Shown: positions 26,397 through 35,500 of the stretch, in pieces
Position numbering within the stretch: position 1 is the first letter of the stretch
How the letters are laid out: each line of letters starts with the position of its first letter
From: Sandaracinaceae bacterium
GTDB taxonomy: Bacteria > Myxococcota_A > Polyangia > Polyangiales > JADJQN01
Assembly (NCBI GenBank): GCA_016712745.1
Contig: JADJQN010000001.1
Span: 462,770 to 526,769, forward strand
Length of the DNA stretch: 64,000 nt
Reading direction: 5' to 3'
Notes under the pieces: model-generated
Told to the model about the DNA's origin: nothing
The model's database searches: none
What the model saw: the letters and a program-made list of their open reading frames with translations, nothing else
Translations under genes and position numbers: made by a program

Positions 26397-28199
26397 ATGC
26401 GTCATTGCCGCTTAGCTTGGTCGGTTGTCGGCGTCTGCGTAGTACTCACCACGGGATGCGGCTCGAAATCCGGATTGCGTGACTGGGCCATTTGGAGTTC
26501 CGCGGATGGGGGCTCGATGGATGGCGGACGTCTCGACGGAGCCGCCTCCGACGCAGGTCCTGATCTTGCGGTGGACTGCGGTCGACGTGATCGCTACACG
26601 TCTCCGCGTCGCCCCATTGCCATCGAGGCGACTGCAACGAGCATTGGTACCGTCACCACGACGGGTTGGGCCCTGGGCAGCACGCCGCCAACGTCGATGC
26701 CGATGTTCACCGGCGGATCGACCGCAGCCGGACTCACGCCCGACATGACAGGCGACTACTCGTTGCAGTTCTCAGCGATGGACAATCTTGGACACGTGGC
26801 AACGTGCGAAGTTGTTGTGCACTCCGTTGTTGGCCCTCCGATTGCGATATGTCCGGAGGAGGAACTCGTTACAAGCCCCGACCTTCCCCTGCTCGTCACC
26901 GGCGACGGTTACGACGATGAAGGAGTGGTGGAGTGGGCCTGGAGCGTTCTTACCGCGCCGCCCTCCGCTTCGCCTTCTCTCGACCCCAGCGACGCGCCCG
27001 AGACGACGTTCACTTCGGCGACGCCTGGTCGCTATACGCTTCAATTGCGTGTCACTGACGCGGATGCCGCGAGCTCGACGTGCGAGGCTCAGGTGCGAGT
27101 CAATACGCCGCCCGTGGTCATGTGCCCACCCCCAACGGACGCGCCCACGCGACAGCCCGTTTCGATCACCGCGACTGCGACCGACGACACCATGGTTGTG
27201 GGTACGACCTGGGAAATGGTCGCCCGCCCCACGAACAGCATGTCGGACGTCGAGCCGCGCGAGGGCCTCTCCACTGTGACCACGCCGGATCGCGTGGGCA
27301 CTTACACGCTACGGTTCACCGCAACCGACTCGGACGGTCTATCCGCAAGCTGTGACGCCATCGTGAACGGAACGCCAACACCTCCCGATGCAATCTGTCC
27401 GGACACCATCACAACCACACCCCTGTCGACGGTAGAGCTTGTTGGCAACGGCATCGACGACGGTTCCATCGTTGGCTACGCATGGCGTCTGGTCGAGCAG
27501 CCAGCAGGCTCCTCCGCTTCGCAACCCACTCCGCCGGGCAATCAGCGTGCACGCATGATGGTCGACGTCGCGGGCGAGTATCTTGCGCGGCTGACTGTCA
27601 CGGATAACGACGGACAAAGCGGAACGTGCACGACGCGCGTCCGCGCGGTCTCGGCGGAGGGCTTGCGAGTGGAGATGTTTTGGAATCCACCCGATCGGTC
27701 GTGCGGGCGTCATCCAGAACTGCCGGACTGCGATAACTCAGACATGGATCTACACGTCATAAACTCGAGCACGCCGGCATGGTTCGACGTAAGCGATTGC
27801 TACTACGCCACGTGCCAGAGCGGACGGTCGGTTGCATGGGGCACCGGTGGCGCAGAGGATGACCCGCATCTCGACCTCGACACCGTCACCGGCTTTGGGC
27901 CAGAGAATACCAATATCGATCGACCCGTCCCAGACACGTACCGCGTCGGAGTGCACTTCTTCTCGAGCAGCGTGGATATCGCGGACGTCTTCGTAAACAT
28001 CTATTGCGGAAGGGGTGCGACGGCTCCCATCGCTTCGTTCGGGCCAGTACGCCTGCACCAGAGCGTTGACGGCGACGGAAATGACTTCTGGCGTGTCGCC
28101 GATGTGACCGTTGGCGGCGGTACCTGCACCGTGACGGATCTGTCGCTTTCCGGACGCCCCAACATCATTTCGACGCAAGACGCACGGGCCATGCGCTAA
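26397..28199 (+). CDS. lipoprotein with about four PKD/Ig-like repeats and a C-terminal YfaP/DUF2135-like domain
   Basis: Lipobox VVLTTGC/GS. Repeats of about 90 aa each end ...YTLQLRVTDADAASSTCEAQVRV, ...YTLRFTATDSDGLSASCDAIV, ...YLARLTVTDNDGQSGTCTTRVRAV. The C-terminus LRVEMFWN...DMDLHV...DLDTVTGFGPENTNI...YRVGVHFF resembles DUF2135 (from memory). Confidence 0.75.
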   Translation: MRHCRLAWSVVGVCVVLTTGCGSKSGLRDWAIWSSADGGSMDGGRLDGAASDAGPDLAVDCGRRDRYTSPRRPIAIEATATSIGTVTTTGWALGSTPPTSMPMFTGGSTAAGLTPDMTGDYSLQFSAMDNLGHVATCEVVVHSVVGPPIAICPEEELVTSPDLPLLVTGDGYDDEGVVEWAWSVLTAPPSASPSLDPSDAPETTFTSATPGRYTLQLRVTDADAASSTCEAQVRVNTPPVVMCPPPTDAPTRQPVSITATATDDTMVVGTTWEMVARPTNSMSDVEPREGLSTVTTPDRVGTYTLRFTATDSDGLSASCDAIVNGTPTPPDAICPDTITTTPLSTVELVGNGIDDGSIVGYAWRLVEQPAGSSASQPTPPGNQRARMMVDVAGEYLARLTVTDNDGQSGTCTTRVRAVSAEGLRVEMFWNPPDRSCGRHPELPDCDNSDMDLHVINSSTPAWFDVSDCYYATCQSGRSVAWGTGGAEDDPHLDLDTVTGFGPENTNIDRPVPDTYRVGVHFFSSSVDIADVFVNIYCGRGATAPIASFGPVRLHQSVDGDGNDFWRVADVTVGGGTCTVTDLSLSGRPNIISTQDARAMR

Positions 28200-28208
28200 A
28201 GTCGTCCC

Positions 28209-29879
28209 ATGAAGGCGACTCATATTCTTGCTCTGTGCGCTCTCGTCGGTTGCGGCGTGCGCGAGTCCAACACCAATCCTGGGCGGACAGACGGCGGCGC
28301 TACGGACATGGCGCTCCCCGTCACGTGCGAGTCTGCGACCGACAGCGACTCGGACGGGCTCTACGATGCCCTTGAGGGCAGCGCCGACAATGACGGCGAC
28401 GGCCTGCCGAACGACCACGATCAAGACAGCGATGGCGACGGCCTTCTTGACGCGGCAGAGAGCGGCGGGCTCGGCGGCTGCATGGCGCGCAATAGCGACG
28501 ACGACGGCATCGCCGACTACCTCGACAACGATTCCGACAACGACGCGCTGAGCGACCGGGAGGAGCACGAGCGCTATCACACGAGCCCGACCGACGCAGA
28601 CACCGACCACGATTCGTTCACTGACGGCGCCGAGGTGGCCACCGGACATGATCCGCTCTCTGAAACGGACGGCATCCCCCCGGAGGACTTCTACGTGGTG
28701 CTGCCGTACATGGGCAGTGCCCAGGAACGCGACCTAAGCTTTGCGACGAACATCCGGCAGGCGGACGTCTTCTTTATGATGGACCGCACCGGCTCGATGT
28801 CGGGCGCGGCATCGGAGTTGCGCGATGGACTCTCGACTCTGATCCCACGGCTCGCGACCGCCATCCCCGATATAGGCGTGGGCTTTGGCGGGTTCGCCGA
28901 TTTTCCGGCGGGCCATTGCACGATGCTGGTTGGAGTTCTCACGTGCGACTACGGCGCGGGCGAGGACCTCCCCTTCACTCTCATGTCGACGATCACCACC
29001 GACCGCACGCAAATGCTCGAAGACGTGAACTTGATGCGTGCGGACATGGGCGGCGTGAGGTGGGCGTCGAGCGGCGAGGCTCTCTATCAAGCGGCGACCG
29101 GGGCGGGCATCGGCCCGTGGGTAGCTCCTCAACGCTGCGTCGCAGCGCCAGACGACACAGGCCCGCGCATTGGGTATCCGTGCTTCCGGCCCGGGTCGCT
29201 ACCTATCATCGTTGTCATGACGGACACGTCGGCACGCAACGGTCCGTTTGTGCTGGCTACAGATGCCTACGATCCCACGCAGTTCGGCGGCGCGCCTCCC
29301 CACTCCTACGAAGACACGCTTAGCGCGCTTCAGGGCATCGGCGCGCGCGTATTCGGTGTAGTGAACGGCGAAGAGGTCGACGACCCGACGCCAACCCAGC
29401 AGTTCATGGAGTGGGCACGTGCTACTGGAACCGTGGACGCAAGCGATGCGCCTATCTTCTTCCGCATCCCGGCGGACGGTTCGGATCTAACTGACCGCGT
29501 CGGTGACGCAATCGAAAGTCTCGTCAGCGAAACGCCACAGGACGTGAGCACGCGCGTTCGCGATGGTGAGGACTTCCCAACGGACATCGCCCCAGTGGAC
29601 GCAGCAACCTTCATCAAGATGGTGACGCCCACGATCGCGCGGCGTGGCACCGTCGAACTTGACGAGGTCGAGATTCCACGTGACGACACCACCTTCTACG
29701 GCGTGGTGCCCGGCATTGAAGTGAGCTTTCACATCAGCTTCTTGAACGACACGGTGCCATCTATCAATACGTCGCAAATCTTCCGCGCGACTCTGCTCGT
29801 CGTCGGAAACGGTGTTGCGGAGCTCGACGCCCGTGAGGTCGTAATCCTCGTGCCAGCCGGCAGCGTTCCGCTGTTCTAA
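28209..29879 (+). CDS. lipoprotein with thrombospondin type-3-like Ca-binding repeats and a von Willebrand factor A (VWA) domain
   Basis: Lipobox LALCALVGC/G. Asp-rich repeats DSDSDGLYDALE...DNDGDGLPNDHDQDSDGDGLLD...DDDGIADYLDNDSDNDALSD...DADTDHDSFTD. MIDAS-type motif DVFFMMDRTGSMSG. It starts 9 nt after the previous gene. Confidence 0.8.
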   Translation: MKATHILALCALVGCGVRESNTNPGRTDGGATDMALPVTCESATDSDSDGLYDALEGSADNDGDGLPNDHDQDSDGDGLLDAAESGGLGGCMARNSDDDGIADYLDNDSDNDALSDREEHERYHTSPTDADTDHDSFTDGAEVATGHDPLSETDGIPPEDFYVVLPYMGSAQERDLSFATNIRQADVFFMMDRTGSMSGAASELRDGLSTLIPRLATAIPDIGVGFGGFADFPAGHCTMLVGVLTCDYGAGEDLPFTLMSTITTDRTQMLEDVNLMRADMGGVRWASSGEALYQAATGAGIGPWVAPQRCVAAPDDTGPRIGYPCFRPGSLPIIVVMTDTSARNGPFVLATDAYDPTQFGGAPPHSYEDTLSALQGIGARVFGVVNGEEVDDPTPTQQFMEWARATGTVDASDAPIFFRIPADGSDLTDRVGDAIESLVSETPQDVSTRVRDGEDFPTDIAPVDAATFIKMVTPTIARRGTVELDEVEIPRDDTTFYGVVPGIEVSFHISFLNDTVPSINTSQIFRATLLVVGNGVAELDAREVVILVPAGSVPLF

Positions 29880-29886
29880 CGTGCCA

Positions 29887-31272
29887 TTATTCGGTCGACC
29901 GACTCGGTGGTCGCGACGGGGGCGGCTCGCTGTAGGGCCCCGCGGCGCCCGGATCGGTCATGGGCGGCGGAATCGCCGTCGTGCTCGAGGGAAGTCCCAA
30001 AGAGAGCATCCGGAAGTGAAGAAAAAGGCTTTGAGCAACGCTGAGCGTTGGCACTGCCAACAGCGCGCCGGTCAGGCCGAAGATGTGCTCGCCGGCGAGC
30101 AATGCGAAGATGACCAAAACAGGATGCACCTTCGCGGAGTCGCCCATGATCTTCGGATTGAGCACGTTGGCTTCAATCTGATGAATGCCGATGATCCAGA
30201 CCAGCACGAAGACCGGCGTCCAGATCCCGACTTGGAAACCCAGCAAGACCGCGGGTACGGAGCTGATGAACGCACCAAATATCGGAATGATGGAAAATAC
30301 CGTCGCCAGCAGCGTCAAAATGGGCCAGTACGGCAGGTGCAATAGATAAAAGCCGACCGCCGATAGAGCTCCGTTCACCAAACAAATCAGCAGCTGGCCG
30401 CGAACTACGCCGGCGAGACCGCGGTCGATGCGTCGAAGTAAATCGTCGAACTGGTGCGTCTGGTCGTAGCGCACCATCGAGCGAAAGAACGCGAAGATCC
30501 GGTCGCTTGTTATCAGTAAGTACGCGGATAGCATCAACGTCATCGATAGGGTGAAGATGCCTTTGATAAGGGCACGGATCAGGTTCTGAATCGTTTGCAG
30601 AAGCGTGATCGCGTGCTGCTCGCCGTTTTGCATCGCGCGCGAAAACATGTCGGTAACGATCGACATGCCGTTGCGATGTGCTTGGTTCTCCGCCGCGGCA
30701 GGCGCAGTTCGCACGCGGTATCCGCCATCACGGGAGGGTGTGACTTCCAAACCGCGCGACGGAAGAATGACTTCGTAGCCCCCGTCCGTTCCTGGAACGA
30801 TCCGAATTGAAGTGTGCTCGTCTTCTCCGGGGGCGTGCGCCGCTGCGGCCGTTTCGGCATCGCGATCGATGTGCGTGCCGAAGTTGCGCTCAAGGCTCGC
30901 TTGCATGCGCGGCATGTATTCGTCGCGAATGCGTTCGACCGTCCGTGGCGCTTCGCGCCCGAAGCGCTGAATCTCGACGACCAAGCGGGGAACGGCGAAC
31001 GCTAGAAGCGAAGCGAGGGAAGCGAGTAGCAGCATGTAGACCGACAGGACCGCGATCCAGCGCGGCGGCTTCAGTCGGCCGGCGCGCACTCGCTGCACGC
31101 GATCAACAACGGGGGCCAGGACAAACGCGACAATCACGGCCAGTACGAAGGGCGCCAGCACCTCTCGAAAGACGAAGACAATGAGCAGAAAGAGAACGCC
31201 GCTCACCGCGAAAAAAATGCGTCGCCTACGCTGTGAGCCGGGACCCTGCTGAAACGAGAACGCTTTACCCAT
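29887..31272 (-). CDS. AI-2E family transporter (PerM/UPF0118)
   Basis: LAPFVLAVIVAFVLAPVV...GQLLICLVNGALSAVGFYLL...SIIPIFGAFISSVPAVLLGF...IHQIEANVLNPKIMGDSAKVHPVLVIFALLAGEHIFGLTGALLAVP. Confidence 0.9.
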   Translation of the reverse strand: MGKAFSFQQGPGSQRRRRIFFAVSGVLFLLIVFVFREVLAPFVLAVIVAFVLAPVVDRVQRVRAGRLKPPRWIAVLSVYMLLLASLASLLAFAVPRLVVEIQRFGREAPRTVERIRDEYMPRMQASLERNFGTHIDRDAETAAAAHAPGEDEHTSIRIVPGTDGGYEVILPSRGLEVTPSRDGGYRVRTAPAAAENQAHRNGMSIVTDMFSRAMQNGEQHAITLLQTIQNLIRALIKGIFTLSMTLMLSAYLLITSDRIFAFFRSMVRYDQTHQFDDLLRRIDRGLAGVVRGQLLICLVNGALSAVGFYLLHLPYWPILTLLATVFSIIPIFGAFISSVPAVLLGFQVGIWTPVFVLVWIIGIHQIEANVLNPKIMGDSAKVHPVLVIFALLAGEHIFGLTGALLAVPTLSVAQSLFLHFRMLSLGLPSSTTAIPPPMTDPGAAGPYSEPPPSRPPSRSTE

Positions 31273-31541
31273 CGCGCGGGGATACTTAGCGCAATGCGTG
31301 GGCTAATCCAATTGCGGAAGCTGCGCCGCCACGGAATGCTTGGAGTCGGGGCTTTTCGCTCATCTATTTTGCGAATCCCCACGTCGCCAGCGGGCAGCCA
31401 GCGGAAATGGCCTTGCAGTAGGGCAAATTCGCGCTTTCACCCCTAGGGTACTCACCCCCAGGGTCGATTCAGTCACTCGCGCAAAAGGCGTTCTCTCCTC
31501 TCACGTCAACGTGCACATCCGCATGTGAGAGGCCAACCACC

Positions 31542-32585
31542 ATGCGCACTACCATCCAGCAAATCGCGTTCAGTCTAATCGCGCTGAGCACTGCGGCCTG
31601 CGCTGTTGAGGTGGGGGATGGCAGCGTCGGTCGTGCAGCGTCGGCTTCAAACCCGGGCCTGGGTCTTCTTCCCGCGCTGCCGCCTGTGCTCGTTTCCGCC
31701 GAGCCGACGGTACCGGAGCGGGTCGAAATTCTCACTCCGCTCGGTGCAGTGGCGCGAAATCCGGTGACCTTCATCTGGCGGTCACTTCCGAATGCGACGA
31801 GCTACGAGCTGGTCATCGAGCGTAACGACGCGACCTATCTCGCGCGAGAGTTGAGCGCGCAAGACGCGTTATGTGATGTCGCCGGCGCAACGTGCTCGTT
31901 CGTGCACACGGTTGGCGAGGGCAATGGGACTGTAGCGATACGCGCGAAAAATTCGGTGGGCGACGGCGCGTGGAGCGCAAGCTCAGCGTTTTCCGTGCAT
32001 CTGAGCCGCACCGCTGCATTGCTCTGGCCGCACGGCGACGCGGCGAGCTCGAAGCTGGGATACGCGTGGACGCCGGTTTCGGGCGCGAGCAGCTACACCC
32101 TATTCGTTGAACGCGACGATGCCGACTGGCAGACCTTCGTTGTGGACGCGTCGAGCGCCTGCGACGATGGTCTTTGCGTTTACAACTCGGCTACCGTTCA
32201 CAGCGAAGGCTCGTACGCGTGGTGGGTGCAGGCCGATGAAGACGGACGGTGGAGCCTCGAGTCTTCGTTCACGGTGGGCGCTGCGGCGAATATCGCGCTG
32301 ATTACTCCCAACGGGTCCGCGTCTAGCACGAGCGCAACCTTCAGCTGGAGCCCGCGCAGCGGTGAGGACCACACGTACACAGTGGTCGTTTCAGATCCGA
32401 ACTCGACGACCGATGCCTTCTTGAACGAAACGTTCACGGACGTGCAAGCGGGTTGCGCTCATGGCGAAGGCGTCTGCTCCATCGGCACCCTGCATGGAAT
32501 GGCCTTCGGCGCGACGCGCTGGATTGTGACGGCAGAAGATCTCGTGTCGTCTCCGGTCGCAAACTTCGTAGTCGTCGACGAATGA
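31542..32585 (+). CDS. secreted protein made of three FN3-like repeats of about 95 aa, each with a Cys pair
   Basis: Signal peptide ...IALSTAACA/VE. Repeats open with VTFIWRSLPNATSYELVIERND, LGYAWTPVSGASSYTLFVERDD and ATFSWSPRSGEDHTYTVVVSD. Each contains a C...C motif (ALCDVAGATC, SACDDGLC, GCAHGEGVC). Confidence 0.7.
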   Translation: MRTTIQQIAFSLIALSTAACAVEVGDGSVGRAASASNPGLGLLPALPPVLVSAEPTVPERVEILTPLGAVARNPVTFIWRSLPNATSYELVIERNDATYLARELSAQDALCDVAGATCSFVHTVGEGNGTVAIRAKNSVGDGAWSASSAFSVHLSRTAALLWPHGDAASSKLGYAWTPVSGASSYTLFVERDDADWQTFVVDASSACDDGLCVYNSATVHSEGSYAWWVQADEDGRWSLESSFTVGAAANIALITPNGSASSTSATFSWSPRSGEDHTYTVVVSDPNSTTDAFLNETFTDVQAGCAHGEGVCSIGTLHGMAFGATRWIVTAEDLVSSPVANFVVVDE

Positions 32586-32586
32586 T

Positions 32587-35500
32587 TCAGCGGCAGCGCG
32601 GCGCGCGCGCGTTTCGGCGGCGGAGCACCCACGTGAGCGCAATCAGCCCAAGCGCACCGACGAGACTTCGGTCGGAGTGCGATGGCAGCGAGACGTAGCA
32701 GCCGGCCTGCACACCTGGCGGAACCTCTGACGGTGCAACGCCGCCGTTCTCGGGAGGAACATCAAGGGGAACGCCGGGCTCTCGCGGAGGCAACACGTCG
32801 CGAGGGTTCTGAATTTCGAGCGCAGGATCTCCCAGAAGCGAGAACGTCGCGAGAGTGACCCCGTCGAATCCGCGCGCCGCGAGCAGGCGCGTCGCCGAGA
32901 GTACAGCGTCACCAAGGGGACGGCGCTCGCCGCTCAAAATACTGCTGAGCGTGCGGTTCGCGATCACGGAAGCGCTCGTTGCCTCCGTAATCGCCGAGGG
33001 CGACCAAACGGCGATAGCGCCGCCGCGGGGATTCTGAACAAGTGCTTCGCCTATGCTGCCAAATCCGGGCATACCGAAACCAGCGACGAGACAACTGGCA
33101 GCGGTCACAATCGGTAAGCGGTCGGCGTTGGTGAGCGCAGAAGCATCGCTCATGTTGAGCAAACCCTGGTCCGACAGCCGGTCTGTACCGCCGTGTCCGA
33201 CGTAGTTCACTGCAAACACGCCTTCTGCCAGAGCGCTTGCGAGCTCGACTCGCGCGTCTGCAATGTCCGAGTCGGAGAGATCAATGCTCTGTGTCGTCAC
33301 ACGTTCTGGAAGCGCCGCCGCCGCAGCTTGCAGCGTATCGGTGAAGCCATTGTCGCTCGTAGCATCTGTGAGCAAGAGAACGCGATCGGTCCACTCGCTT
33401 GGCTCACCACTCTCGTACGCGATAATCTTGTCCACCGCCGTAGCCATCTCTGCCGCGTTGCGCACGGGCAAGCGGCCAAGCGCTGCATCGGGCGCACCGT
33501 CGTGATTGAAGTCGACATACTGGCTATCGGCGGGAAAGAGTCCATGAGCGGTGCGGAGCATCAGAGGCGGAACGAGATTGCCGCCAAGCCCGAGGGCATC
33601 CCGGAAGTCGAAAGTCGATGTGCCTGCGAGCAGTACGTAGCGCGGAGTAACCCCCCAGCTCGAGTTCGCGTACGCAAGGAACGTCTGGATTGCGTGAGGA
33701 TTCGGCGCGCCGAAGTTGAACTCGTCGTAAATGTCCTCCACATCAACCACCAACGCGGAGAAGCCGCGCGTGATGCGCGTATTGGCAAGGCGGACCGCCT
33801 CGTCGTGGAGCACTTCGGTAGTAATGATGATGTACTGCGCGGCGTTGGCGGCATCGCGTAAGCTCGACGCGTGATCCGCCCACACCCGCGAAGGGCTCTG
33901 AAGGCTCTGTGGCGTTGCCGCCGCGTAGGTCGTGCCGGCGGCAGCGTCAAATCCAAAGGACGTGACGCCGGAAGTCGTGGCTACTTCGGCTCCGTCCACG
34001 ATGCGCGGTTCATTCGCAACCGTGACGTCAAAAATTCCAACTGCACCGTCACGGAACCCATCCACGCGCACCGTTGTTGCGCTCGGTGTCGCGAACGTGA
34101 GTTGCGAGTCATTAGCCGCGAAAGTCCGCGGATAAGTCACGTCGATGGAGTCGATGTAAACGCTGCTGTCGACAGTGCCTACCCGCTCGGCAACAAGTGC
34201 GACCGTGTTGCTGCCTTCGCGCAACAACGCCGCGTCAAAAGCGAGCGCCACGTTGGCAACGCCAGATCGAGCGAACGTCATTAGACCAGCGTCAAAGCCA
34301 TTGACCTGCACGTGGATGAGATGCGGATTGTCGGTGATGCCAAAGCCGCGCACCGAAATGCGTGCGGGCTCGGCCGTCGTAGCGAGCGTTGGAAGATTTA
34401 GCTCAAACTCCTGTGTGCTGTGTGCCGCATCGAGGCTGCTCACAGTTTTCCAATACCAGTAGTCCGAATCCGGATCGGGCGATACCGACGTGCCGGGAAA
34501 GGCTTCCTCTTCGAAGTGCGCCGTGTCTTGGAATGATACCGCGGTCGGATACGCATGAGCGGCAGCGACACGTGAGTGCTCCATCGACATGCCCGCGGCA
34601 CGCGCTAAGCGGTAGATAGTTTCGCGTGTGAACACGCGCTCCTCGTGGTTTGCGAAGAAGACCAATGACCGCGCGTCTTCACCCCGAGTCCAGGCAACCG
34701 GTGCGCCCATCAACGAAAGCGCGAGGCTTCCGCTTCCAATGGCGGAGATCACGTCCGACTCAGAGAGGCCGAACGCTTGCGCTAACGCGGTCGCGTCAAT
34801 GCGATGCATGCCGCGCGCCGTCACTGCCACATGCACCGCGTCCACGCCTTCACTACTGGCTCGACGCAACGGATTGAACGGCCGGTCTGCCGTGCTCTGC
34901 AATACACCCGTGGTCGGCCACGCGCGTGCGCTTCGCTCGTAGCCAACGCGAAGCATCTCGCGTGTGAGTCCTGTGCGATCGTGACGCGCCTGCACGTAGA
35001 ATGGACCGTGAAGCACCTCGCGGTGCACATAGTCGATGTCGGAAATGAGATACGCGAGCGTGCCCTCCCCGGTGCCGTGATCGACGACCGCGTAGTGACC
35101 GCCCTGTACCGAATCAAGAAGGCTCGGAATGTAGCCTTCGTGGATGCGTTCAAAGTCGCCACGTGCGTTCATGCGTTCAACGACGAAGCCCGTCGTACCA
35201 AGCTCCGACGTCGTGTCCCATTCGACGGTTGTGAGGTCACCGTGGCGGACGGCGGTCACATTCGCGACAGCGGCAAACACGGATACGTTGCGCTGCTCCG
35301 TCAGCGGACACAAAGTGCCCAGATACGTGTTGGACGCGGCTTGAGTCGTGTTGCCTGTTTGATCCAAGTACAGCGCAAGGGTGCCCGCCGTCATCGACGT
35401 TTCAGCGCCCGTAATCGCGTACGCGGGATTGGTAGTGGGTGTCGTGTCGATGCGGTAGGAGATGGCCGCGTTGCCGCCCGCCACGATCGTTCCCGGTTGC

